A stretch of DNA of 64,000 nt from Dipteris shenzhenensis. Taxonomy: Eukaryota. Both the position numbers and the translations under genes were made by a program. Location: the NCBI GenBank assembly GCA_047967505.1, contig CM106538.1; one strand, written 5' to 3'. Within the stretch, counting starts at the first letter, position 1, and the number at the start of each line of letters is the position of its first letter. This document shows, one piece after another, positions 51,542-64,000 of this stretch. A model generated the notes under the pieces. That model was not told the origin of the DNA. It saw only the letters and a program-made list of their open reading frames with translations, and did no database searches.

Positions 51542-54158
51542 TGTTGGTAAGCTAAAAGGAAAGGAAAGAGTGGACACAAACTCAGAATTCTTGCATTACT
51601 TGCATTATGGAATGAAGAAGAGTGAGGTCCTTAAGTAGGCACCTCATACATGCTCACTGACATCACTGATGACTTCAGAGCTCCACAATCATCTCCTCAA
51701 TCTGCTCCTAGATTCTCTCAATCATCCTATGTGGCTCTCCACCACCTAACTGTGCTTGTGGGCACCTAACTGTGCCTCTAGCACTCACACATAGAAACCA
51801 AGGTGTGCCTGAGGCATACACCTTGAGATATCCCATCAAACCCCCCCTCAAGGGAATGCCTCAGGCTATGTCAAGGATACATCTAGTCTCATAGTTTCTC
51901 ATGCCATCTCATGGTGGTCAAGGATGAATCTATGGCTAGGTTCTCATGCTAGCAAGGGTTCCCATGGGTGTAAGGTAAACAAAAGGGATACAAAAAGACC
52001 TTCCAATGGTTATCTCCCCTGCATGTACATGCACACAATGTCTGCACATGGAGCAAAACATACACATGGCCTACATCATAAGGTGACCAGAGGTGTTTAC
52101 AAAACACACAAAACACAATAGTTTATTTCATTCATTTTGGAGGACTATCCAGGCTGAGTACCTTGACATAAAAAGAGAGATCTGGAGCATACATAGAGAT
52201 GTTTTAAAATGCATAATCTTCAAAGGATGCCTCATCTTGTGGAGGCTCATCAACTGAAAGTAGATTTGCATTTTCTGTCTTTGCTTTGGCTCTGCAAAAC
52301 TTCTCATTATGGTTGTTCTTGCCACAGTGCTTGCATGGATTAATTTTGAAGCAATCCTTTGAAAGGTGATTTGTCTTTCCACAGTGATTGCAAGGAGTAT
52401 ACTTGCCCTTCTTAAATTTTTACAGCATAAACAGTGTCATTGCCTTTCCTGAGCTCCATATGCCTTTCTTCTTCTTGGAGAGCAGAGATAATACCTTCAA
52501 GATTAGGATTAGGAAGATTTTTCAAAGTGGTAACTATGTGATCATAATCTTCAGGCATACTCTTAAGTAACACTGCCATAGCATCATCTGGAGTAATAAG
52601 AGAGTTGATAGAAGCTAATTGAGTCATAAGACTCCGCATATAGTTGACATGAGCTGCTAAAGTAGTACCACTAGCCATCTTCAATTCAAAGAAAGAGATT
52701 TTAAGTGATAGTTTAGAGATGTGAGAGCTAGCACCAAAAATCATGTCAAGCTTCTGCCAAGCTTCTGAAGGAGACTCCAAGTCAGAGATATGGTGAATAT
52801 AATCATCTCCTAAAGCAAGAGCAATGATTACATATGCATTTTCTTCTCTAGCTGGATCCCTTGCCGGTCGTGTCGGAGTTGAGGATTCTCCAGCATTGGA
52901 GGCCGTAGAAGAAGCGGTAGGAGTCAGTTTGACAAGTCCCCATAAGTTCTCCCTCATCAATGCAAATTTCACCTTCATCTGCCATGTGCGGAAGCCCTTT
53001 CCATTGAACTTCTCTAGATTCAATAGGGTAGCCATGAGAGGGTCTAACCCAGATATTGGGCAGTGTCTTTCTCTCTTACAAGGCAAAAAATAACTGAAAA
53101 ACTTCCAAAATATGAGCACTTGATGTAGCAAAGACTAGTGACCAATATTCAATCAATGATGCTTCTTCTTACATGCTTCATAGAAGTGGCTAAAATGAAT
53201 AACCAGGTCTAGCAATTCAAAACAAAACTGAAGCCACACTTGTACTGAAGTTATTGAAAGATTCAAAAAACCAGAAATGCTAGAGTAGCATTTTATGTAG
53301 CATCATCTTCAAAAACTTGTCCAAAACTATCAAAACTAAAAGGCTGAACTTGGAGGGCTTGTAGCTCACTCTTCAAAGCAAAGGAAAAGGGGGTTTTTAA
53401 GGCAAAAGAGAGCTGTTATACCACAAAAGATCCTCTGGGAAGAAGAGGCGCAAAAAGGCATCAGAACTCCATAGCTTGCCTTTCCAACGTCGACTGGTTT
53501 TTCTCTGTTTTCAGCTTGAATAAGCAACCATTGTTGCTCAGATTTCAGCACAGGATAGCCCAAGGCATGGAGAATCTACCCCTGAAAGGAATTAGAGGAA
53601 GATAAGGTGTGCTGAGAGAAAACGCAGAAGGAAGAATCGACGAAAATCGTGTAATGGCGACGAAACGGGCGCGGTTTTCTTTGATTCCTCTCAGCCAGAG
53701 GTTCACCCCTTCAAGGTGGATCTCCAGCAGGAAGGACGTGGGAAATGGCTGAGAACCGGAGAGCTTAAGCAAACTTTGGGAAGAAGAGGGAGAGATGGTG
53801 AAGAAGAAGATGATGATGTGGCAAAAATGGGCTCAAGGGGGATCAAAGGGCTCTGATACCATGTTGGTAAGCTGAAAGGAAAGGAAAGAGTGGACACAAA
53901 CTCAGAATTCTTGCATTACTTGCATTATGGAATAAAGAAGAGTGAGGTCCTTAAGTAGGCACCTCATACATGCTCACTGACATCACTGATGACTTCAGAG
54001 CTCCACAATCATCTCCTCAATCTGCTCCTAGATTCTCTCAATCATCCTATGTGGCTCTCCACCACCTAACTATGCTTGTGGTCACCTAACTGTGCCTCTT
54101 GCACTCACACATAGAAACCAAGGTGTGCCTGAGGCATACACCTTGAGATATCCCATCA
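51542..54158 (-). mobile_element. Structurally complete gag-only copia-type LTR element
   Basis: 297-bp TG..CA LTRs at 51542-51838 and 53862-54158 (5 substitutions by eye). TSD GAATG at 51537-51541 and 54159-54163. PBS TGGTATCAGAGC at 53850-53861; PPT at 51839-51850. No pol. Confidence 0.96.
52204..53035 (-). pseudogene. Copia-type gag with two zinc knuckles (frameshift ~52415)
   Basis: MATLLNLEKFNGKGFRTWQMKV..LLKSMPEDYDHIVTTL, then CNHCGKTNHLSKDC and CKHCGKNNHNEKFC; stop at 52204-52206. Confidence 0.9.
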
Positions 54159-55484
54159 GAATGCACATAGTCGCACGTGGATGGAACGCGATATGAAGGA
54201 AAAATGTGCAATGGTCACTAAGATCTGTATATCCTATTGTTGGATCAGCACCAAACTTTGCAAGGGTCTTAAAACAAGTTATTTTAATGTCCTTGCAAAG
54301 TTTGAGGTGCATTGGATGCCAAATGTGACATCGTGGAGCAAGAATGCCCATATTTGCATGTGGATGCTATGTATATGAAGGAAACATGCGCAATGGACAT
54401 CGACATCCATATACCACCCTGTCGTACTAGCACCAAACTTTTGAAGGGTCTTAAAACAAGTTGTCTTAATTTCCTTGGAAAGTGTAAGGTGCATCGGATG
54501 CCAGATGTGACACAGAGGAACAAGAATGCTCATATTTGCATGTGGATGCTATGTATGTGAAGGAAAAATGCACAATGGACATCCACATCCATATATCCCA
54601 CCAGCGGATCAGCACCAAACGTTGCAAGGGTCTTAAGAAAATTAGTCTTAATGTCCTTGCAAAGTATCAGGTGGATCGGATGCTGTCTGTGCCACTGGGG
54701 AACAAGAATGCACATAGTCGCACATGGATGCTACGCGATATGAAGGAAAAATGTGCAATGGACACTGACATCCATATATCCCACCGTCGGATTAGCACCA
54801 AACTTTGCAAGGGTCTTAAAACAAGTAGTTGTAATGCAAAACCACCGGTTTACATCATATTCCAAACCATACAAAATCTGCAACCTTCATACAAAATTTT
54901 AACCAAAAGTTTCAAGCTATGTGTATGCCGTTTTTGGATTTGGTGACTAACAACAGATAATCTGGCATGCGAGTGCTGCTACTTTGATTTTGTGCTCCTT
55001 GCCATAGTCCATATTAACTACCCTTGAAAGGGGCTCTACAAGGTGATGTTGATGGCATCCTTGTGGTGGTAAGTATCAAGGTTTGTTTGTGGAAATGAGA
55101 TTTGAGCTTCAACTTCCATTTGGTATTTGGTGGAGTTTTCCTTTCAACCTCGATCAACCAAAGCTTATCAACCTTGGTCGCTAAGAGCCTTTGCACCTTG
55201 CCCAAGTATCTTGCAAAAGTTCAAGGATTTGGATCTACTCACTTGCTATCTAATGGAAGTCCCGCTACATTGTTTTGATCTAGCGGGTATATTGTTGGCT
55301 AGAGGCATATTGTGGGATCATTTGACAAGTTCATGTATGGGTTCAATGTCCATTTGATAAGTCCCTTGCATACACCAAACAAAAGGTTTGTATGATGGTA
55401 TGCCTTCCACACACCAAAATAGACCCTTTCATAGTCCCTTCAAGTTGGATCATGTAAGTCTAATGGTATGACTTCCACACACCA

Positions 55485-55635
55485 ATCTTCCTTACATGCA
55501 TCCACCATAGTGGAATCATTCGATAAGTTCATGCAGGACTTACTTCAGGTCATCGAACCATCTTCCTTACATGCATCCGCCATAGTGGAATCATTCGATA
55601 AGTTCATGCAGGACTTACTTCAGGTCATCGAACCA
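55485..55635 (+). repeat. 75-bp tandem duplication
   Basis: atcttccttacatgcatcc.ccatagtggaatcattcgataag...gtcatcgaacc occurs twice; diverged related copies flank it. Confidence 0.9.
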
Positions 55636-56363
55636 TACACCTAGATGTAACTTGCATAGACCACCAAAATTTGGGATCATTTGATAAGTTCATGCAATAC
55701 TTACCTTCATGTGATTTCCATACACCCAGATTTCCTGTGCATAGACCTAACCGACAAACCTAACCCCCCCCTTTCCCCCTCCCCCCTCTTGTCTTAGGAC
55801 CTCTTGTGTTCTTAATGGTAATTGCCTACACAATGGATTTGGTGAATGGTCTAGTGATGGCTGAAAAGCTCATGCAGCATTTCGAACGTCTAGGTGGCAA
55901 ACTCCGGTTGATGGCTACAATGTTCTACTTTAGGTTGTCTTGAGTCCCCCCCCCCACCCCCACGCTATTTAGTAGCATAGCCCCGATAGGCTATAGGCCC
56001 TTTTTCAATTGGCCCAGTCTCCATAATTTCCTCCTTACTTGTAAAAAAACTCAGTTTTATTATTATAAGATTTCCAATTAAGAGAAATTCTCCTTTACAT
56101 CTTAGTTGTTAAACTTGACCTCTTTACTACAAAATGTTATGTGGAGTCCGATTTGATGTTTAAACCCTATAGTAATATAGGATACAAAATTGTATATGGC
56201 CCTCTTAGGAGGGTGATCATAATATTTATGCATTGAAGAGGATCATCCATCTTTACTATGGAAGAGAGGATCATAAGTAACTATGCAAGAGGAGTGTCCT
56301 TAACATAGACACTAATACGCTCTATGATATTTTGGACTAGCCAATGTTCATCTTAGCTCCATC

Positions 56364-58220
56364 TCATCCCACCTTCTTGACCATAGCTTGTCTAAAACCC
56401 ATGAACCCATTCGCAAGGCAAGGGGTTCCATTGACATCATTACCAGAGGTGGCGTCCCATTCCTTACATAGGTCAAAAAAGGCGGATCCATGCTCAACCC
56501 ATAACTCCCTAATCTCTCTATAAAATCTTTGGGATTCTAAAAGTCTCTTCTTACTGGTGTAGGGGATATCCAAGTATCTCCCTGCCACTAGCAGGGTACC
56601 AAATGTATAGACCCCTAGCACATGATTAGATAGACCCGAGTTAAGAATAGGTTCACCATGCATGGGGCCTCTTAGCCACCACCCCTCTTCCTAAGTGTAG
56701 AATCGATACAGTCTAGTAGCCCTGTACTCTTCACCTTTCTGTGGTTGGACCACAATAATTCCTTCAGATTCACAGGATCTAGCTGGGCACAATCCACTAA
56801 GCCTTTACTCATCACCAACTGCTCCCATGCATCCTTTTTTTGACTTGAGATAGACGAAGTTGGGTGAGACCGATCTAGCTCATTGGTTATGAAGTTCCAA
56901 TCCCACTCGACTATCCAGTGAATCAAGGACCATGCAATCCTCTAAGCATTCCCAACAATTGATCCTATCTTGCATAGAATTTGGTCCATACACTGAAGCA
57001 ACCCTAAGCACAAAGCCATCCTACATGCAACAACTGCAACAATTGAGCCTTTGTTATCTCTGTAGATTCCTTGGGGCTGAGAAGACTCTGCAACAAGGTT
57101 GTCATGCCACCCTTACCCCGATGTGGACAATTAGCAAAGAATTCAAAACCAAGCCTACGATTAGAAGCAGATTGGATTGGTGCACCCTCTTGCATGAATC
57201 CGTTAGTGAAGAGACCTTGTCCGCTCACACGAGGGCCATGCTAGTTGGCCTCTCTAGACACTCCTTGGCGAAATGACTTGTCTACTTACAAATGAAGCAG
57301 GATCCAAGAATGGCACAAATTTGACTTGTTGAGAAAACAAAAGCCTACTTGGGTGTTTAACCTAAATAAAATACAAAACTGGCTAGGCACGATCCCAAAG
57401 GATCTAGGCACTCTTATGACCAAAAGGAGAACATGTAGTCCAAGGAATAAGCAGCACTTTCGCCAATGTTGTAGCAATCTTATCGATGGACTCACCCAAC
57501 CAAGGTGGGAGATTCACAAAATCCATCCACACTGGACAGTTGTGGTATAGAAATTCATCCACAAAGAAGTCACACTCCAAGGAATAACAAGCACATAACC
57601 ACCAGCAAACATGAAGGACCTACCCAAAGTATTGTTGCAAAGAGATCTTGGAACAAATCGTACAATAAAAAAGCCTTTATCAATTAATTTTGCCATATAG
57701 GCCAAGGATGGAATATCACATTCAAAAACCAAGAACTGTTGGAGCTCCTCCAAAGTTGGTAGTCTGCCTCTAAAGAAGTATTATGCACTTCCTCTTGCCA
57801 ACCGCTCAAGCTCAAGCCTAATGTCTTCAACTTGAAACTCACAATGTGCAACATGCTTCTGACCTGCTTCGTACCACCCTTTGGTGGCAACTTCCATGGT
57901 GCGTCGAGCAACCTCTGCTTGTAGGATCTCTTTGCTTCTTCCAAATCCAACGGAGTGAGCCGGCTTGGAGATTTTTTGCCAGTTCTTCCATGTAAGAAAT
58001 CAATTCTCCACCCTCCTCGAGCTGTTGGCCTAAAGCCCCACCGGTAGAGATCACATCATTTGTGGCACTGCTCTCCAATTCTTTCGAGGTACTTCCATCC
58101 TCACCACACACCACACTCATTGGTTTCGCATACTCGACGGCTGGTGAATCGCTTCTCCATCTTTTCAAGGAGCCTCTACTCCCTAGCACCACATAGGGAC
58201 GGGTGGAGACCCAATTGAAA
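56364..58220 (-). mobile_element. L1-type LINE remnant (ORF1 DUF4283-like and AP endonuclease; RT missing)
   Basis: ORF1-like IDKGFFIVRF..FMFAGGYVLVIPW; endonuclease-like GFMQE..RGKGGMTTLL, VYGPNS and DWNF. Decayed. Confidence 0.72.
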
Positions 58221-58849
58221 ATTTGTGCACTGGAGGATATCAACATCTCATTCACAATTAATTTAATCAACTTAATAAATCTATTGGAAAAATATATTTA
58301 TCTAATACTCAAGAGCATTTATTTTGAGTATCATTCAGATTAACATTAAATAACTAATTTTTATACCAAAACATTTCATTTGACATGACACATTGTGCTT
58401 TATCATGGCTTAAGAAATTATTTGCCCTTTATTGGCAACCTTTTTCTTTGAAAACCTTAGACAATTGAGACTTTCATCTGAATATCAGTTCCACATTGTG
58501 CATTTACTTTTAATCGACACTTATATTTAAAACATCAATTTGATATTACATACCATTTTTTATTATTTACACATTTGACAATTTACATTGACAATATTGT
58601 ATCTTGCACTTACAAATAGATATAATATTATATATTGCACTTAGAATAGATAAAACTTCATTTCACATTCATTTGAAATTTTTGGATAATAGGAGAGTTT
58701 TAAAATTAGAAAATTTATAATTAGCCTGTAGAGTATCTTATTAAAATTACAATTAAACAAGCTTGTTATATATATGCTCGTTTTTTAATATAAAAACTTT
58801 TTTCTACATGGATAATCCAATATTCTTTCTTGCATATTAAACAACTCAT

Positions 58850-59238
58850 TTCTATGCAGGTAATTGAAATCACCACATAGAAAAGATACATTCTTGCTAA
58901 TTACCTATATAGGAAACTTTGATTCTCCACGTAAAAGCTCACATTTCTTAGAGAAGACGTCATTTCCTATATAGGAAACTTAAAATCCACTTCATTCACC
59001 ATATAGAAAGTGACATTTCCTAGAGTTCTATATAGGAAATATTATTTCCTATATATAGAACACCTCATTTACTATATAGATAACATTGATTCTCCGTATT
59101 AAAGTCAAATTCCCTAGAAAGCACTACCTGGTCTATATAGGAAATAGAATTTCCTAGATAGAGAGTATAAAATCCCTCTTCCTATCTAGGAAATATGATG
59201 AAATTTCCTAGTTACCTAGCAATTTCCTAACTAGAGTG
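58850..59238. repeat. Subterminal repeat array ending in GAGTG (CACTC on minus); probable CMC/EnSpm-like transposon end
   Basis: Many ctatataggaaa / tttcctag motifs in both orientations, ending abruptly at ..ttcctaactagagtg. The same motifs occur at 31999-32420. Confidence 0.5.
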
Positions 59239-59687
59239 CTTGGCCAGCTGGGCTCTTGATGAATACTTCTCTCTTTTGCTATCTTGTTGAGGTTCACATG
59301 AGTCACGTTGTCAGAAATGATGCAGAAGATTGATGTTCAATTGCATGCAACCTTTTCTAGAGATTTCGTTATCATCCAGTCCTGCTTGCACTTGATGTTG
59401 TTCATGTCGACAGTAAAACGTAGTTTTTCTTTTTTTCGAAGGAAGACAAATTCCTATTCTTTGCACTGTAAGCAAATCTATTGTCATTCCACTTCGAGCG
59501 AACTACGAGGAGATGTATTTCAAAAATGTATAAATAATAAATCAAAACCAAATTGAGCCAGAAGCATGCAACTGTGACAGGAAAAATCCAAACCCAATTC
59601 TGCATTGCATGTACGACAAAAGTTCCAGCACCATTTGCAACTTCATTGGATCCCTTTTTTCGAAGGCACAAATGTTTATTTTTTGGG

Positions 59688-60556
59688 TCAAATTATGTTC
59701 CTACGCTTTAGGAAATAGTACTTCCGCGCTCTAGCTGGATGGCCCTCGAGCGTGTTGTAACCTAATGGACCTACTGTGTTGTGGCTCCTTATGTAGTACT
59801 GCTCTAAAGTTCGTGCTTTGTCTACGGTGTCTGTTGTTTCCAAAACTTTGATTTCGAAATTTTCTTCGAAGGGCTTGTAACGTTGCAAGTCCTCTTTCAT
59901 TTTCGCCAGTGGTTTTTTATTGTGCTGTTTGATCCTCCGCGGCAGGTCCGTCGTGCTCCCTATGTATTTTCTGTTGTTGGGCTTGCACGTGATGCAATAG
60001 ACGACGAGGCTCGCGCGATTCCCTTGCACGGGCGCTTCAGTGGAGGCTCCTCCTTCATCTCGAGGCTCGCGTCTTTCAATGTCGTCCCTGCGTAAACATT
60101 GACAATTACGTTAGTCATCGAGGTTTTCGGTCTTTTTTTTTCCGTTTGACGTCCATAATAGAATGCATTTATTTACTTGCCCTGGTTTTTCTCTGTTGCC
60201 GTGAAAGGATCGTTTCCAATACCGAAGCGCTCCTCGTATAAGTCCCTGTCGAAAATATACGTAAGCTTCTCCATTGTCGTCACCAGGTGCGTCACGTCGT
60301 GCATCCCTCCAAATTGTTCCATGAATTGTTCGAGTATAGCCATTGCTTGATCGCGCGCCGTGTCCCTCAGCAACTCCAAGGATACGTTGTACCCGTAATG
60401 CAGTAGCTCGCACGCATACGCTGTGATCCCTTTCGTCTTCGTGTCTAGTAGCTTCTGCCCCTCCAAACTTTCCATCATCCTATCGGTCTCATCGAACTCA
60501 ATGTCAAGCTCGACAAGGATCTCTTTGAGGAGTCCTGCAGGAGAAGTGCAATCCAT
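59688..60556 (-). CDS. Two-exon GIY-YIG endonuclease gene (60556-60177 + 60087-59688) with an unknown N-terminal domain
   Basis: VVYCITCKPNNRKYIGSTTDLPRRIKQH..LEQYYI..GYN. A GT-AG intron at 60176-60088 joins the two ORFs in frame with no stops. Confidence 0.85.
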
Positions 60557-61117
60557 GATGTTCTTGCAACTCGTTAATTCTTTTTCTCAACTGTTGCAGT
60601 TTTATTTAATTTTCGGAAGCATTACGCACCATTTGCGAATCTCAAGCCTCCTGGCTCTCTTTTAGCTGGCAAACGCCTATTGCAGTTGTCAATGAAGTCG
60701 CGTAGTTCCGCATACGTGTTGAAGCCGTTGATGTAAGCTCCCGGACGTTCTCCTGCATTGTTTGCTAGCCGGAATTGCTTTGTGGTTAGGAAGAACCTCC
60801 TCTTTGCTGGTGGAGGTTTTGTTGCCTTCGCGTTGCTTTTGTATAGCTCAAATAGCTGCTTGCAGGCACGACTTATTACACCGTCTTTTCAAATGAGCCG
60901 TCTTTTTAAATCTTCAAGAAAAAAAGATTCTTTCATGCTGGTGGAATTTACCTTGTCTGCGTCCATGTCTTATGCTGCAATGTCCTGAGCTTTATGATTC
61001 TCTGCACCTGTTCTCGACAACAGACAAGATATTAAAACCATTTTCCTTGCACGCATGTTTGACGTAACATATTCATGACTTGCCTATGCCTTTTTCAATC
61101 TCTGGTAGTGAATACCT

Positions 61118-62955
61118 TTATGCGCGTGGTTGTGTTGTCGACTGTGAGAACTCTCGTGGAATTGGTCTGAATATGTCTGGATGTGGGCAATGTAGTATGC
61201 GCAGCCTCGTTCTCTCAGTCACTCTGGACAACATCACGTATGCCATGCCAGGGGCAAACACTCCTCGGAATATGAGCAGCGCTTTGTTGGATATGGTTGC
61301 GCCTTGGGATTTGTGTCCCGTGATAGCGTATGCTAGGGTTAGTGGAAATGTGGACTTGTGGAACCATTTTCCATTTATTGCCTTTCCCTGATGCTTCGAG
61401 CGTCGTAATGTGAGCACGGCCGCCGTTGTGTCCATGACGACAGTGATACCGTTGATTTCCCCCCTGCTAGTTGCATTGATGCTCTTGATTTTGCACATTG
61501 CTCCATTTGCGGCACCTATGGCGAGGTCAATGTTTTCCGTTATCATTGCCTTCGCCCCCACGCAAATTTTTCCTATCTCGTTGAAGCTTTTGTCCTCCAA
61601 CCATTCTTTGAGAGCTGGTTCGCTCGCGGCGTTACTGTGTATTTGAACATGCACAATCATCTCGGGAGTGTTGAATTTCTCCACAAGCTCATCGTTGAAG
61701 GTAGCGACATCGACTCTGTGCGTGCAAATGATGGTTGTTTCGGCATCGATGAAGTGGCATGCACCTTCCTTGTCGACAATGCACTGCCCCAAACAGTCGA
61801 AAATCTCGTCAGTTGTGGGCGTCCTGAGTCTTATGGTATGCAAGAATGCCAGGAACGGCATGTCTCATGCATGTCGCATCGAGAATTGCATGTGGTACAT
61901 TTTCGCTTGAACCCAGTGCACGGAGGACGTGATGTGGCATGGCTCGCAGAGATCCTCGCGATGTTTGCAGACTGGCGGTAATTGCGCGAGGTCACCAAAA
62001 ATTATGAGCATTTTGTGTCTAAATGGCTCATGCAATGTGCCATTAGTCACATTGACGATTTGTCTTACCACGAGATCGAAAGTCATCCTTGTTAGCATGG
62101 ACATCTCGTCAATGATGATCACGTTGGCTTCCTTGATTGCGAGGTGTCGCTCATCCGTTTCATGGATGTTCAGTGGGTACTGACTGCTGCGCACAGGGAT
62201 CTTGAATTGGTAGTGTACAGTGGTTGCAATCCCGCTCAGCTGCGTCGCAACCGCCCCTGTTGATGCACAGAGTATTGTTGTTTTGTTTTGCGCTACCAGA
62301 TGCGAAACATAGTACCGTATCAAGAAGCTTTTGCCGCTACCTGGTGTTCCACAGACAACGTGCAGCCCCGAGCTTGTTGAAGCTAGGCTTTCGAAGACTC
62401 TTTGTTGTTCTACTGTCAATGCGGCATTGGCGAGCGACGGTGCGAAACTCGGCCATTTTTTCCAACATCCTCGCGCGTGTTGGCCCTTCGACGGTTTGCT
62501 GGTCGATGTTAGGCGCTTCCATCGGGCAGTCTCGGATGATTCAAGACCAACCGTTCCACGTTGCGTTTCCTTGGGCTTTCGTATCACATATTGCCTATGG
62601 AATCGTAGAACGTGCTCTCCTCGATGACGCTCGGTCTCCCGCAGTATATGTCGACCGGGTGCAGGGTGACGTTGTTGTTTCGCGAGACGATGCGTTGTCT
62701 TAGAGATGGTGGCGAGGAGTCGACATAGTGAACGGTCTCGCTCCTTGTGATTGTTGGTATCTGCATGCAGTTTAGCGCGGCCTCTGTTGGAGAGGTTGGT
62801 TTTGATAGGAGGCTCGCGGCGATGAGTTTCAGCTTTACTTCGCCGAGATGTTGCAACCCCAAACGCGAGGCGTCTTCTGAACGGATGTTCAGTTTGCCCA
62901 TTGGTTCAGATTTCATCGCGTACTTGAGGAGGTAGTGAGAGATTGAAGAGTTTGT
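61118..62955 (-). pseudogene. Helitron-type Rep C-terminus and PIF1 helicase, lightly decayed
   Basis: HYLLKYAMKSEP, SPTEAAL, GTPGSGKS, IIDEMSM, GDLAQLPPV, GAANGA, FPLTLAYAITGHKSQGAT, YVMLSRV. TGA at 61865; frameshifts near 62440 and 62585. Confidence 0.9.
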
Positions 62956-62957
62956 CA

Positions 62958-63410
62958 CGCAGAGATCAAGTTCAAGAGCCGAGACAGAATGCTCCACACA
63001 AACGCAAAGAACCCTTACGACCGTGGCAATAAGTGGAGTTCGGTGCCCTTCAAGTACCCCTCCACCTTCCAAACTCTGGCAATGGATCCCTCCCAGAAGC
63101 AAAAGATCCAGGAGGACCTCACCGATTTTGTCAACGGCGAAGCTTTCTATAACAGGGCAGGCCGTTCCTGGAAGCGCGGGTATCTTCTGTATGGACCTCC
63201 TGGTACAGGCAAGTCCAGCATGATCGCTGCCATGGCCAACTTCCTGCAATACAATGTCTACGATTTGGAGCTCACTGAGGTAAAGTCTAACGCAGAACTC
63301 CGAAAGCTTCTTATCCGGACGAGCAACAAGTCTATTATAGTTATAGAGGACATCGATTGCTCGCTGGATTTCTCCGACAGGAAGAAGAAAGCTGAGAAGT
63401 CTCCGTCACG
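62958..63410 (+). pseudogene. Fragment of plant BCS1-like AAA-ATPase
   Basis: WSSVPFKYPSTFQTLAMDP..WKRGYLLYGPPGTGKSSMIAAMANFL..IIVIEDIDCSL. The N-terminal domain and the downstream TLSGLLN..DG region are both absent. Confidence 0.9.
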
Positions 63411-64000
63411 TAATTCAACCTCTCTTTCAAACAAACAACGATTGATGATCTAATATATGAGTTGAAGGCAAGTAAGGAAGTAGAAGCAAACCTGATTGTG
63501 ATGATGAACAAACAGCAACACACTTGAAATTTTATGTTTCTCCTATATTTAAAGGTTTTGCCTTGGCTTTTTACGCAGTTGGCTTTTTACGCAGCTTTTG
63601 GGCTTTCAGAATTTAAAAAATCTAAGGGTGTATATTGTGCCATGTGGAAGCACAGGATTTCAGAATTTGGAAAAACGTCCTAGTGCTGGCCAAGTAAATA
63701 GGGATTGGGCCAAAGTCCCTTGTGGAAGAGTTGATTCGAGACAGGTGCAAACGGCAACACACCTGTAGGTGAGGAATAAGAAAGCTGTCTTGGGCAGTTG
63801 ATTGCCGGCCTTGAAGGTCTTCTCACGTTAAATTGTTCCGACAATGTTTGTCAAGCAATCTGTTCTGAGCGTGTGACATGCTGGTTTTCATTCAGGCTTT
63901 GATAGGGAACAATGGATGGAGCTCTTTGAGCCTACAGGGAAGACTGTATCATGTTGGAACAATTCCAAATTTGAAATGGAACATCTACGCTACGGATCTA

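Larger units (their letters stand above)
51445..54835. repeat. 182-bp satellite-like tandem array, interrupted by the LTR element
   Basis: aagaatgc recurs at ~54340, 54522 and 54704. Sequence 51445-51541 continues seamlessly into 54164 once the insertion is removed. Confidence 0.88.

Noticed and set aside
54082-54946. Cluster of overlapping short ORFs
   Set aside because: They are translations of the LTR and the 182-bp satellite.
62584-63249. 221-aa minus ORF as one protein
   Set aside because: Its first half is antisense to the AAA-ATPase fragment; only the part below ~62955 is Helitron Rep-like.

Overview
Eukaryotic, repeat-dense window with no intact host gene. It is almost certainly a land plant (GT-AG introns, plant-type AAA-ATPase and acyl-ACP thioesterase fragments, Ty1/copia elements with tRNA-iMet PBS). 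A large-genome non-seed plant such as a fern is a guess. Contents: several decayed copia elements, gypsy and LINE remnants, a Sola-like DDD transposase relic, a MULE-type foldback element with a 9-bp TSD, a ~9.8-kb Helentron/Helitron2-like element (Rep-PIF1-AP endonuclease plus an RPA70-like gene), a gag-only LTR element inserted in a 182-bp satellite, and a second Helitron-like segment with a spliced GIY-YIG nuclease gene. The stand-out is an ~11.5-kb region (37053-48578) bounded by 32-bp TIRs. It holds a truncated RAG1/Transib-like transposase and apparent chromatin-directed cargo: a histone H3-fold gene (K9Q tail, some CENH3-like residues) spliced in frame to a Ulp1/SENP-type SUMO-protease domain, a probable BAH + ubiquitin-like protein, and two unknown genes. 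This copy is partly decayed. All domain calls are by-eye motif recognition and need HMM or structure confirmation.
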